DNA of 63,941 nucleotides, filler included, from Diploschistes diacapsis (GCA_023645945.1; 13 parts of 13 records of this genome joined end to end with filler, not necessarily neighbours in it); one strand, 5' to 3'; shown: positions 25,197 through 37,240, numbered from the whole stretch's first letter. Numbers and translations are program-made. The notes: generated by a model not told the origin, from the letters alone.

Positions 25197-26438
25197 ATGT
25201 CTCTACCTGCGAAACCTGCCAAGGACCACCATGTAGGAGACCCCCCTACCCATTTCCAGAATCCTTGGCCCTCGTTTGTCCCCCATACTGGAGGCCTTTG
25301 GGATTTAGTCAGTACCCGGTTCAGCTCGAATCGCAACTTTGTTCCCATCCCTGAGACCAGAGAGGAACTGGTAAAAGTTCAGAAGCCCACCTGGGGTCAC
25401 ACAGATAAAGACAATGGCTCCAGGTTGAAAGCCACCTGGATGGGCCATGCAAGCTGGCTCCTAGAGTTCCCTGCGGCCAAGGAATATTCTGGAATAGGCT
25501 CCAAGGAATCAGACTCAGCTAATCGAGGAGTGACAGTCCTACTTGACCCCGTCTTTGCCAACCGAACCTCACCAACCAAGTGGATCGGGCCAAGGAGGTA
25601 CTCGCCTCTGCCGTGCACTATCGCGGATCTGCCCGAGGTGGATCTCATTGTAATCAGCCACAATCACTACGATCACTTAGATTATGATGCTATCAAGGAA
25701 CTACATCGAAAATCAGCTCGAACACAATTTTTCTGTCCTTTGAAGAATAAGTCCTGGTTCGTAGGCGCAGGCATCCCAGAGGCATTGGTCCATGAGCTCG
25801 ACTGGTGGGATGCCGCAGCAGTCACCGTGCATGGCATCGGGAGCATCGCTGTAGTTTGCACGCCCGCTCAACATTCTTCGGCAAGAACACCATTTGACAG
25901 GGATACGACGCTATGGAGCTCATGGGTATGTGGAGGGATAGCGTTCACTGACGCCGCTGTCAAAACAGAAGACGCTGCTTCCATAGACGTAAGCCGGATC
26001 TCAGATTCGAAGCTGAATTTTTCGGGCCACCGTGTATATTTCGCGGGAGATACGGGATATAGAACGGTGGAAAACGCGCAGCCAAGCAAAGAGGAGGAGG
26101 CCGCAAAACCTCGATGTCCAGCATTCAAAGAAATTGGAGAATATCTTGGCCCCTTTGATCTAGCATTAGTGCCTATTGGCCTCTATTCACCGCGCAGCTT
26201 AATGTCTAATGTGCACTGCTGCCCGGAGGACTCAGTGTGTCTGCACATGGATATCAAGTCTAAAAAGACGATCGGTATGCACTACGGCACATTCCGAGGA
26301 GGTCTCAGCGGGCAATACGAGGACGTCAGAGAGCCACCGCGACGATTCCAAGCTGAATGCAAGAAGGCAGGCTTGCGATGGGGCGAGGAAGTGGGACTAT
26401 GTGACATAGGCGAAACGGTCATGGTCGACGGATCCTAA
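25197..26438 (+). CDS. NAPE-phospholipase D / Fmp30-like metallo-beta-lactamase-fold hydrolase
   Basis: FQNPW, TWMGHAS, LLDPVF, SHNHYDH (HxHxDH), YFAGDTGY, GMHYGTF; intact ORF; an upstream exon is possible (GCTAAC...CAG at ~25112-25129). Confidence 0.92.
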   Translation: MSLPAKPAKDHHVGDPPTHFQNPWPSFVPHTGGLWDLVSTRFSSNRNFVPIPETREELVKVQKPTWGHTDKDNGSRLKATWMGHASWLLEFPAAKEYSGIGSKESDSANRGVTVLLDPVFANRTSPTKWIGPRRYSPLPCTIADLPEVDLIVISHNHYDHLDYDAIKELHRKSARTQFFCPLKNKSWFVGAGIPEALVHELDWWDAAAVTVHGIGSIAVVCTPAQHSSARTPFDRDTTLWSSWVCGGIAFTDAAVKTEDAASIDVSRISDSKLNFSGHRVYFAGDTGYRTVENAQPSKEEEAAKPRCPAFKEIGEYLGPFDLALVPIGLYSPRSLMSNVHCCPEDSVCLHMDIKSKKTIGMHYGTFRGGLSGQYEDVREPPRRFQAECKKAGLRWGEEVGLCDIGETVMVDGS

Positions 26439-27575
26439 CCCAGCAATAACTCCGCACCGCGCATCACGAAGTGCGCCTTATGATGACCGCTGATCATGGT
26501 CTACCGCACCAGGTGAGTTTCGCTTCACGGCAGCTTTGGGCTGCCATGGCGCTTGTCAAGCACCCCCGCATTCGTCGCGATTCTGCTGTTGCATCTTCTG
26601 GGGTCGTCAACAGAAGAAATATACTGTATTTGGTGGCCTTTCTCAAGAAGCCGAAAGTGCCAGCTACCACAACAGGTTGGTTTGTACTAGGCAAACAGCG
26701 ACCTTGGCTTGCGAAGAGGAAGCAGTAATCGATTGTAGTTATCTTTCCAAATATGGGTTCTGCTGCACCTGATCTCATACGTTGCATTTCTGACCAACTC
26801 CAGGCAGTTGAGGAACTTGACCATGGCAATACAAGTTGCGAGTACGAGGTCAAAGGTCAGACGCAAGGGTATTTCTGGCACCAACGAATAAGGTTGGTTA
26901 ACAACTGGTTAGTTGTTAACTTGTTCCCCGCAAAATAAAAGAGGCTACACAGGGCGCGGGGAATGGTCTCGCTTATCTGCAGACACGCAAACAAAGTCCC
27001 ATGTCTGCTTGTTTTCTTTCCTAGAATGCATCAGGATCATCCGTTGAGCCCGGGTACTGTCTCTACGCTTGCATGTTGGCTCGTTGATCTAGGACAGGGA
27101 GCACAGAAAGAAGATCCGGTAACCCAAGAAAACCAGTACTTACAAGAAGCCAACCTCGAAGCCAATGGATCCAAGACCCATCTTACTGGCGGTCAAACGG
27201 ACACGCCTTGGCACCTCGTGTGTGATGCAGCTAAATTGGGCTCAACGGAGTACGAGGGCAGGCACTGGTAGCTTGCGCTCAAGGCTGTGGCTGACTGTGC
27301 AAGTCAACAACCCGATACTTGGCAAATTTGTGAGATTTAGCATGTAGGAGCAACTCTCGTGTTCCCTAGCAATTTTCAGCATCCTTGGCACATGCCTGTT
27401 GCATCGATAGCTGGATGCCTCTGCAAGACCCAACAGCTATAAAGACGCAACGGCCTGCCATCCCAGACACCTCTCTCTTCCCATCAAGGCAACCAAGCAG
27501 CACTTCATCCCTTGGAACCCGGCCGTTTAACACTAATCTCTTACGAGGTTTCTCCCTGGCCCAACAAACGCCATC

Positions 27576-28105
27576 ATGCAGCTTCAAACTATCCTCCTCA
27601 CCGCTCTCGCCGGCTCCGCCGCTGCCTTTCCCCTCTCCGACCTCTTCCCTCGCGCCGCCGTCTGGACGATAGAGTCCTTCACCCGCACCTGCGATACCGC
27701 AGAAACCAGCTGCAACTACTCCTACTCCATCAACCTGAACGACGGCTCCGCGGTCACGAAGTGCATCTACAACGTCCCCAACTCCGACTCCACGCCGGCC
27801 AACGACGCCTCCTACGCGCTCCAATGCGGGGACTTCGCCATCAGCTCGGGATGGAGCGGTCAGTTTGGGCCCGGAAACGGGTTCTCGACGCTGGCTGTCA
27901 AAACTAACAAGTAAGAGCCCTTTTTCATCAGGGGAACGGAAGTTTACGTGGTTGTTCGTAAATGAACGCGTGCTAATGCGTGGCTTGTAGTCAAATCATC
28001 TACCCAGCCTACTCCGACGCGGAGCTCGTGAACGGCACGGCCGTCCAGCCGGACAAGAGCTACACGCCGCAGGCCGTTCAGCAGGCCGTGCTCATTGCTT
28101 CGTAA
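27576..28105 (+). CDS. Small secreted Cys-containing protein, 149 aa (exons 27576-27910, 27991-28105)
   Basis: Signal-peptide-like MQLQTILLTALAGSAAA; 4 Cys; WTIESFTRTC and SSGWSGQFG; GTAAGA...GCTAAT...TAG intron keeps the frame; TATAAA at ~27438. Confidence 0.88.
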
Positions 28106-28281
28106 CCTGCCTCTAGTTGCAGAGGCGAAGGCAAAAGGGAGTGACGGGGGGGCCGGCCCGGGAACGCGTTGCCACTGAAGGGAAGCGAGGGAATCAGGGG
28201 ATTTCGAGGCAAGGGTTGGCATTCAAGTACATCCCTTGACGAGCATGACGTCAGGTAATCGATTTCGAGAAACGAAGTGGC

Positions 28282-28356
28282 GGAGCAATAGAAGCATTTG
28301 ATTGCTTACGAGGGAGTGATAGAAGCATTTGATTACTTACGAGGGAGCAATGGAAG
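28282..28356. repeat. 31-bp tandem duplication x2.4
   Basis: GGAG(CA/TG)ATAGAAGCATTTGATT(G/A)CTTACGAG repeated. Confidence 0.85.
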
Positions 28357-29167
28357 ATTATTCCAAAGTACGAATGCATGTACCTTGCCGCCCCCCTCGA
28401 ATGCAGCCGTGGTGACATGCACACATCAGCATCACCATCTCTCTAACCCAAGCTACTCCATTTCCTATAAACACTTTTTTCTTTACTCTCCAAGAAGCTA
28501 TATTAAGCGCACCGAAATTGAGCTATTTGACTTCTTATCTGGCCATTACTCGTAGTAGCGCAGCAGCCTCCTAGCATCTCCAGCTTCCTGCCGCTTTTTC
28601 TCCTCTTTCCCCTCCAAAAATCTAATACCGAGAGATAAATAGTCCGGCGGCCTGCCTCCCCCCTTCCCATCTCCAGGCACTCCCAGCTCTCGGCTCCATC
28701 CCTTCCCTTTTATCCATACACTTGCCCTAGCCCAGCTTATGTATGTACTGCCTAAGTAACAATGCCCAGTAATGACGCCAAGTATAGTATGCCGCCGCCC
28801 GCGTCTTTCCTTGCCCTTCCTTAGCCTTCCCATTCATTTCATTTGCTTCCAAGCCGCCTGTCGAACGTGCTTCCGCCGTGCGCTGAGCAGGGATTGTCCC
28901 ATACATGAAGCAAGCGAACGGGAGCACAGGTATCACTTTAACAAAAACCGAACGTGATGCCTCACTTAATTCTCCGTAGAGCAAACAAGGGGATGAACAC
29001 TCCAGGTCCTCCCAGTCTTTTCGGGCCGAAGAAGTCCGCACCATTTCTTGGCCTCTTCCACCCACCCCCACCATTCATTCTGGGGGGGTTTTAAATGTTG
29101 CAACCACCATACCGAAACTTTTTCACCTCCCAACACCGAACAACTGACCGGAATAACGAGCTCGACA

Positions 29168-30284
29168 ATGCAGGCTCCAACAGCCTCGGTGCCGAAAACA
29201 GACTCCTCCTCCACCTACCCTCCCCTCGTCCAGAAACTGCACTCCGCCCTAACCTCCGAGACGCTGCCCCTCTCCCATCGCTACCGCGCCCTCTTCGCAC
29301 TCAAACACCACGCCTGCCTCTCGCCCCCGACCCCTCTCACCCTACCGTCTGTCGCCGCGATAGCCTCCGCCTTCGGCACGCCCTCTGCCCTCTTGAAACA
29401 CGAGCTCGCTTACTGTCTCGGCCAAACGCGAAACCCGTTGGCAGCGCCGAGTCTGAGGGCGAGGTTGGAGGATGGGCAGGAGGATGCGATGGTGCGGCAC
29501 GAGAGCGCGGAGGCACTGGGGGCGCTGGGGGATGAGGGGAGTTTGGCGCTTTTGAGGCAGAGGCGGGACGACCAGGGGGAGAAAGAGGTTGTTAGGGAGA
29601 CGTGTGAGATCGCGGTCGGGAGGATCGAGTGGGAGATCTCGAAGGAGCGGCAGAGTGAGAGATTACATAAAAGGTAAGGCGCGTGATATCTCTAAAGGAG
29701 TTGTGATTTGCTTGGTTATTCCTTGGACGCTGACATACTTTTATTGTTGCAGCGATTTCTCCTCCATAGACCCAGCTCCACCTTTGCCATCGTCGGACGT
29801 ACGGCCCTCGATATCGGACCTTGAGAAGACGCTTCTTGATACATCCCTCCCGCTTTTTCAACGATATCGCGCCATGTTCGCCCTCCGTGACCTCGCCTCG
29901 CCGCCCTCTTTGCACACATCTGTCCCTGCAATCCACGCTCTAGCAGCCGGCTTCTCTGACCCATCCGCACTATTCAGACACGAGATAGCTTTTGTTTTTG
30001 GACAGCTATCACACCCGGCTTCGATACCTTCTCTAATAGACACCTTAGGTAACAAGAAGGAGGACGCAATGGTTCGGCACGAGGCGGCGGAGGCCTTGGG
30101 AAGTCTGGGAGACGAGGAAGGGGTAGAGGAAGTGCTGAAGAAGTTCTTGAAGGATGATGTGCAGGTTGTTAGAGAGAGTGTGGTGGTTGCGTTGGACATG
30201 GCGGAGTTTGAGAGGAGTGGGCAGGCCGAGTATGCGGTGCTGCCAGGTGCAGGGAGAGTAGGGCCGGAGATGGCGGTGGCTTGA
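29168..30284 (+). CDS. LIA1: Deoxyhypusine hydroxylase (exons 29168-29673, 29753-30284)
   Basis: Four His-Glu motifs ([30 protein letters not shown]) in HEAT-like repeats; [10 protein letters not shown] linker; canonical intron. Confidence 0.96.
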
Positions 30285-30353
30285 GCCTCCAAACAAAGGT
30301 TTTTGAACTGTTGTAGTTTGTAGGATAGAGAATGAAGATATGTTCTTGCTTGA

Positions 30354-30828
30354 CTAATTGTTTGAGTTGTGCCTGAGAAGTGACTGTTAGCGTCAGGTCA
30401 TGAGAGCTGTTGTTCCACCCACCTGTGTCCACACTCCTCACACCGATAAAAAACCGTTGTCCCTTCGTCCGCGCTCCTGAGCTGCTGCGTGTAGTGCCTC
30501 ATCTGCGGCGCGTTGCATTCCGGGCAGGGCTCGTCGATCAGTGCGTCCTGCGGGCCGTCCTGGGCGCCAAGGGTCTGGATGGCGGATCGCTTCGACCTCA
30601 GGAGACTCGGAAAAGCGTTGGGCTTCGACCTTGTGACGACGGTCTTGGACGAAGTATCTACAATTAGGGAGCGTTGGATGGGCGCAGTGTGTGAAGAGCG
30701 GAGAGGGTGCTACCTTTGTTCTTCGTGCCACAGGCATGGCAGACAAGGATGGCTTGCGGGTCGCCGGTGGAGCTGTCGAGGAGATCTCCGCACGCGGTGC
30801 AGAAGACTAATGAGCCTATTGCGGCCAT
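30354..30828 (-). CDS. RPA12: RNA polymerase I subunit A12.2 (exons 30828-30714, 30657-30423, 30372-30354; 122 aa)
   Basis: Spliced translation MAAIGSLVFCTACGDLLD...CHAC...CPEC...QLRSADEGTTVFYRCEECGHRHNSNN; two zinc ribbons; canonical introns. Confidence 0.95.
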
Positions 30829-31296
30829 GATGAAGCGCTTGATATCAACCGAAGATGCCGTATCCGTATCCTTTGACGCCTTGTAGGATGTTTGGGTCAG
30901 TGTGGATGTGTCCCGTATCCCATGAAGTGTATCTACCTCCCGGGGGTAATATTATGCTTCTTCTCCCTACCACGATGTCTTGTGTCTTGGCAGTTGAGGG
31001 CAATAACTTACCTCGTCGCCGCGGTTAGGTTATTCAGCAACCAGCCATGGATGTTAAATATTACAAAGCAACCTAGAAAACTTCCCATTCGCAAAGCAAT
31101 TGTCTCAGCCCACAAGGGCAGTGTCTCATGGAAACAGCCCCTTAAATATGACCTTCTAAGACACGCACACCGTGGCACCTGGAGGTGAACCACGGACAAA
31201 ATTGTACTGTAATATGCTTTACACAGGTGCAGTGCGCGAGCGACGTCGTTGCTCTCTTCGAGACCTTATTCTACTTTGCGGACACGTCTAACTAAA

Positions 31297-32954
31297 ATGC
31301 AAAACTATCGGTGCCGAGTCAGAACTTCCTGCGATGGCTGCGCACTTCGTAGGGTGAAATGCTCTGGATCGCAACCCTGTCTGGAGTGCTCGAAACGCTC
31401 CACTACCTGTACATTTTTAAGACTTCGCCGCAAGCGTGGTCCCAAAGGTTTAAGGATTCAGACCGCCGAGAAGATTGAAGAGAATGCTGAAATCCTAGCT
31501 AATGCAACGACGCTTCCGTCAGATCCCGTTCCAACGGCTGTCGGAACCGAATATGGGGACTCTGAAGCTTCAACCATCGCTTCAAGAGATTCCGACACCG
31601 TGCTTTCAAGTTATCATTATTATTTGACAATTTTCCGAGAGCGTCTTTATTCTGTCTGGCCTATTGTCGATCCAGGAAGGCTCGCTTCGCGCCTAGCTGC
31701 AGGTGACAAGGACCACGAAGCGAACGCTTTAGCAGCAGCACTCTCCCTGGGAGTGATTGCTCAACTTCGTTTGCCCAACAGTACAGAGTCGGAGCACCTT
31801 GTGCACAAATCCGTGCTCTTACACGAAACAAAACGCTTACAATCTATTACTGACTATCAGAAGTCTTGTACGCTGGATTCGCTTTTGACGTCCTTTTTCC
31901 TTCATATATACTATGCCAATATTCAGAAACTATCAGCGGCTACCTACCTTCTCCGCGAAACCTTGACTACCGCGCATATGCTGAAGTTGCATCATCCAGA
32001 AGCCTATAAATCACTTCCGTCTGAAGAGTACGAGCTCAGACTGCGTGTATACTGGATCTTATTTGTCACAGAAAGGTATACATACCTTGATTGCTAGTTA
32101 CGGGCCTAATCTAACTGGAGTATCAGGACATACTGTGCTCAGAATGAGATACCGCCTATCCTACAGCCCATCTCCGAATTCCCAGCTTTCGATGACAGAA
32201 AGCTCGGATATACCTCTTCTATGTCCGGATTCCCCGGACTCGCTCGTTTGTTCACTCACCTCAAAAGCCATTACTTCGAGTCCTCTCCGTATGCGGTAAC
32301 CTTGCAGGATGAAAAGGCCAAGATCTTAAGCACTCAGAAAAAACTAGAGCGGGACATCAAATGTCCGGAACTCGGCGAGACGCAGCGAATCGATTTCAAT
32401 ATAACACGACATTGGATCCGTACACTGATTTGGCAGTATACGATTACTCATTTTCCATTATCCGGCCATTCAGAGGATGCGGCCTTCTCTGCTGCTTATC
32501 CCGCAATGATCGCCAAAGACACCTTAGCGCTTTTATCGACCGCCTCGGCAGGCTCGATCTGCGCACATGGCTATGGCATGGTAAGACTTGCTACTGCTCA
32601 TTTTTCACCTTGCTAATAATCACTCTGCAGGAGCTAAAAATACTACGCCTTGCGGACTCTGTCTTGGATATCCTAGTATGCCTCCCATCGTTAAAGTATT
32701 CGGAGACTGCCGCCGGATGGCACGATGCACTGTTCTCTCTCTCGCGGGTTCTGCATACTGTTGGGGGACAGAAATCTCCTTTCTTGGCTACCTTGCAACG
32801 CCGTATGGTTGAAATAAACTTCCCAATCAATATCCCCCAAGAATTAGAGTCTCCAGTGCCGAACGCTTGGGTGGATGCGCCAAAGGCCTTGCTCCTCGGT
32901 CCTCCTGAGGTTGAGAATGGCCCCAAAGCCAATGCCAATGACGATCTAGGTTGA
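31297..32954 (+). CDS. Zn(II)2Cys6 transcription factor, MalR/Mal-activator-like (introns 32076-32126, 32581-32630)
   Basis: CDGCALRRVKCSGSQPCLECSKRSTTC then RRKRGPK; RLRVYWILFVTER middle region. Confidence 0.9.
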
Positions 32955-34719
32955 GGGGCGGAATGGACTTGGGGTCTTGCTGAGGACCCTTTCCCGCTTT
33001 ACTTATACCAATATTGACTCTCCACAAGAGCCAGCGAAGTCAGACGGCGTCCTTCTCGTACCTTGAGTCACCGCCACTGGTGTAACAGGCAACTTTCATC
33101 TTTCCGGGTTTGCTACAGACTTTTAACCTTTACCCATCAGTCCTATACCACGATTGGTGGAAGGCTTGACTGAGAATGGTTCAGCTCCGAGACGCTGCCA
33201 ATCGTCCCCGTCCTGTGGTTCCAGGGGTCGAGGCTCAAGTCTCAAAAAGGTCGCGGACTGGCTACAAATACAGCTCGGCTTGTGCGCAGTCGCTGTAGGA
33301 CATTGAAGAGTCACACACTGGCTGGGCGGATGAGCCCACCGAAGTTTTGGGAAGCTCGGTGTTTGCTGCAGCGGCAAATGAAGAAATCAGATGACAGACT
33401 CGTGAAAGCGTTCATGAACAGGGAGAAAGCAATACGGCATTGCAGACTAGGAGTGATTAATGTTGTTGGCGCATGAAAAGCTGGTGGTTGGGGTCGGAGT
33501 CTGCACACCTTGCTACGCTACATGCAAAAGGGCATGGATCGAACGGGGTTGTAGGAGCTCCAGATAGCTTCCAGAACGACAGAAAAGCAAAAAACGATTA
33601 ACGTGCAGCAGAAGGGACGAGTTGTACCTTTATTTCACATTGGGGAGTCGTAGTACTCTTGTCTTGCCTTCGCGCAGGCAAAAGGGCCGCCGAGTACATT
33701 GTTCTATAAAACCTAATGTGCTTCAAAGCTGCTTTGTGGAAACTGAGTGGAAAAGGAGCCTAGGTTAATGCACCAGATCACTACCAACGGTGGCGTGGTT
33801 TTTAGCCTTCCATAAGCCTCCTCCTGTCAAACGACATTATCACGCAACTATCAAGATCTCTGAACAAGAGGTCAAGTCTAAATCTACCAACAAGGCCTTA
33901 TAACAAATAGAGCGTCTCATCCGAAAAGATGCACTGTACTTTGTTGCTGTGGCTCGCTGTCCCATGCATAACTGACCACCCAATCGCGGATAAGATACTG
34001 TATACAAAGGGTACTGCCGGGTAGATCCGGGAAACAAACAGTCAGCAGTCACAGTGAGGTCGGAGGTGGTCGGAGGCCGGAGGAACGAAGAAAGATGGCC
34101 GCTGCTGGATGGAGCAAGATATTATTACATGTTATTACATGTTACAGGTTACAGGGCGCAGCAAGTGTGAAACAAGGTTAAATCGAAAGCTAAACCACTC
34201 TAGCTTAGCCGGCTCATTCCCCAAACAGGCTTAGCCATCATCTTGAAACTGACCCATTCGGAATTAGGATCCCACATGTTACAAATCGCCTCGTATCTTT
34301 GACCCTTCGAAGGGTCAACGGCTCAACGCATCGACATGGCATGGACATGGACGCAGAAGAAGGTGTACGCTTGTTCCAGGTTGGGCACACAGAATCTTCG
34401 CAGGCCCCCTGTTTCCCCCCCCTGAGACTGGTTCCATGTGGGTCAAAGTTTAGAACATTGTATCTAGTCGAAACGCACCATCCTCCGGTCCAACAAGACC
34501 ATGGCGTTTACAGACCTACCACTCCTTCTTCTCCTGCTGCAAAAAATATATCCTTCCTTTTCACCTCGCTCTAACTTCTTCTCCTCTTTTCCTTCGACCT
34601 GTTGCGCTCTTCTTTCTTGCATTAGTCTTTCGTTCTTATCGCAAGCTTCGAGATCTTCTCCAGCCTCTGTTTTTGAACATAGCATTGTTATTACATTCTC
34701 GACTATCGTTAAAACCACA

Positions 34720-36012
34720 ATGATTTCTTCACTGTCTATCTTTTCCGCAGCGGCTGCTCTTCTCACCCCTGTCCTCGCCCAGTCGTCATGCAATCCCACA
34801 AAGGGCAGCTGCTCGCCAGACCCTTCCTTAGGGAAGGCCGTCTTCTACGACTTCACCAAAGGCTCATCAAATGACTGGTCTCTCTCCACCGGTTCGTTCC
34901 CTACTTTCAACGAAAGCGGAGGCATCTTCACTATCGCCAAGCATCTCGACTCTCCCACTCTCAGTTCCAAGTGGTACATGATGTTCGGTCACTACGACAT
35001 TGTCGTTCAGATCGCTCCTGGCCAGGGCGTTGTCAGCTCCTCTGTTCTCATGTCGGATGACCATGACGAGGTCGACCTCGAGTGGGTTGGAAATCAGCAG
35101 AACAGCCTTCAGTGCAACTACTTTGGCAAGGGCTCGGAAGGGAGCGAACAAACCGTCACAGTCAGCTCACCCCAGACGGAGTACCACACCTACTCGATTG
35201 ACTGGACAGCGAATGCCCTGCAGTGGATCGTTGACGGCAAGGTACTGCGCACCATCACCCCCTCCAACGGCAACTACCCGCAGACGCCGGCGCAGCTCAA
35301 GATCGGCACCTGGCCCGGCGGAGATCCGTCCGAGGCTTCAGGCACCATCAACTGGGCTGGTGGGCCCATCAACTACACCCAAGGCCCCTACACCATGATC
35401 GTCAAGAACGTGACTGCCTATGACTACTCCACCGGCTCGTCGTACGCGTACTCTGACACCTCGGGCAGCATGTCCAGCATCACTTCCAACGGCGGCAAGA
35501 TTGGCCAGTACAGCAACATCCAGGGCCTGGCAGTCACAACGGCGTCAATGAACGGCCTCGGCGCCTCGTCCGGTAGCTCCCCGGTCGCATCAAGCTCAAC
35601 AGCTGCTCTTGTCTCTTCTTCCGTCTCGGCTCCTTTCCAGGTGCCCACCCTGTCCTCCCTCACCACCATTGCCCAGAGCGCGACCTGGACCACGGTCACC
35701 ACCTCCACTCCCGCTCCGGTTGCGAGCCCAACCTCTTCCCCGTCGTCGCCAGCCCCAACCTCTTCCCCAGAAGCACCAGCGCCATCTCCTTCCGCTACCA
35801 GCACAGGCTCGGGCTCGGGCTCGGGCTCTGGGTCCGGCGGCGGTGGATCTGGCAGCGGCTCAGGCTCTGGATCCGGCTCTGGCACCTCCCAGATCCCACC
35901 CGCAGTCCAATCCGAGATCGCCGCGATTAGCAAGGAAAACCCATGGCTCGGTTCCATTCTCCAGAACATCTGGGGTTGGCTCTCAGGCTGGATGAAGAGC
36001 AAGAAGCAGTGA
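34720..36012 (+). CDS. GH16 Crh-family cell-wall transglycosylase-like protein with Ser/Thr/Gly tail
   Basis: Signal peptide, CNPTKGSC, GVVSS, catalytic DEVDLEW, YPQTP, WAGG; ATG 34720 in good context. Confidence 0.92.
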   Translation: MISSLSIFSAAAALLTPVLAQSSCNPTKGSCSPDPSLGKAVFYDFTKGSSNDWSLSTGSFPTFNESGGIFTIAKHLDSPTLSSKWYMMFGHYDIVVQIAPGQGVVSSSVLMSDDHDEVDLEWVGNQQNSLQCNYFGKGSEGSEQTVTVSSPQTEYHTYSIDWTANALQWIVDGKVLRTITPSNGNYPQTPAQLKIGTWPGGDPSEASGTINWAGGPINYTQGPYTMIVKNVTAYDYSTGSSYAYSDTSGSMSSITSNGGKIGQYSNIQGLAVTTASMNGLGASSGSSPVASSSTAALVSSSVSAPFQVPTLSSLTTIAQSATWTTVTTSTPAPVASPTSSPSSPAPTSSPEAPAPSPSATSTGSGSGSGSGSGGGGSGSGSGSGSGSGTSQIPPAVQSEIAAISKENPWLGSILQNIWGWLSGWMKSKKQ

Positions 36013-36324
36013 CGAGACGCGAGGGAATGACAGTAGCTCAGGGCATGGTCATGGCATTTACGTTTTTTTCTATTCGGCGCAAAAACGAAGCGTATTTCGC
36101 TTCCGAAGCGCCCCCCGGTTGGGGAAGTAAATTTCGAGAGAATAGGCACATTGAGCGCCGTCTCAATCTAGAGCGGAGGAGTGGTCGAGATAATAATAAT
36201 ACTTGTAATCATAATCACGCCGCAAAGGCCCACCTTCTTATCAAGAGCGTTAATCAATCGAGGAGTATGATTCATAGAGCACATTGAACCGAATTTTTTT
36301 TTAAAGATGGTGATGATGGAGTTA

Positions 36325-36533
36325 ACGTGTTTCACCAGGAAACGGGTCACCCCACGAAGCGGGTTACTCCATTATAATGTGTTGGCGCTAGATAGTTTTA
36401 AGCGAGCTTTTGAGCCCCACAACCACACATAAAACTATTTGTACAAAACTAAATCTGTTTTCAACTACATTATACGAAGGTGCAGGGACTGTGACCCGCT
36501 TCGTGGGGTGACCCGTTTCCTGGTGAAACACGT
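36325..36533. mobile_element. Complete 209-bp MITE (pogo/Fot1-type) with 43-bp TIRs and TA target duplication
   Basis: TIRs 36325-36367 and 36491-36533 are inverted with one mismatch; TA on both sides; relatives at ~58572-58633 and 60890-61040. Confidence 0.95.
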
Positions 36534-36592
36534 TACAACATCCCCGCAATTACGGCTCGGATAAGATATATAAAACGTACGGAGCTATCGGA

Positions 36593-37040
36593 TCACGTGA
36601 GCATTAAAAAACAACCAATCAAGGATCCTGCTCTCCACGCCGCAACATATTTGGCCACGGTTTCCCGTCTCACCGGCCTTGTACTTGACAAGGTCATGGA
36701 GTGGGCTCGGCTCTTTTCGGTACTGAGCACGAGTCCACCACACGACATCCTTGGAAAGTGTTCTTCGAGGAAATCAACGACCTTCGCCGCCGGATTGGTC
36801 GGCACATCATTACCCAAGTCGCGCCACCCGCCGGGACCCAATCCTCAAACGGTATCGCGCCCACCACGCATTGTGGACAATGTGCGTGACGTCGCCCGCG
36901 AGCGCTTCTAACGCTTCGTGCGATAAGCCTGGCATGGGCGGAGTAATATCAGTCCCTACAACCTGAGGTGACAGCCCAGGCTTCCCGTTGCGCCCAGGAG
37001 TGGACTCTTTGAGGGCTTCGGGAGGGTTTGATGAAATCAT
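36593..37040 (-). pseudogene. Remnant of a terminal thioester-reductase domain (NRPS-like/NR-PKS R domain)
   Basis: GLSHEALEALAGDVTHIVHNAW lies almost directly against the C-terminal NPAAKVVDFLEEHFPRMSCGGLVLST...KYVAAW in another frame; the domain middle is missing. Confidence 0.75.
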
Positions 37041-37240
37041 AGGGGAAGTTGCGAATGTACACTCTCGCGACAGCTTGAAGAGCTGGCCACAGAGACTCCA
37101 GTCTCGATCAGCGATGACACCCGGGCCCAGACTTCACCAGGCTATGATCAAATTCTTCCGTTTACTGGAAATACCACACGAATCATCAGATGCAAAGATC
37201 GCGCACACAGGGGGGAGAGCAAACGACTTCAATAGCTCAG

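Noticed and set aside
34501..34719. 73-aa N-terminal extension of the GH16 ORF
   Set aside because: Pyrimidine-rich leader-like sequence; the signal peptide begins at ATG 34720.
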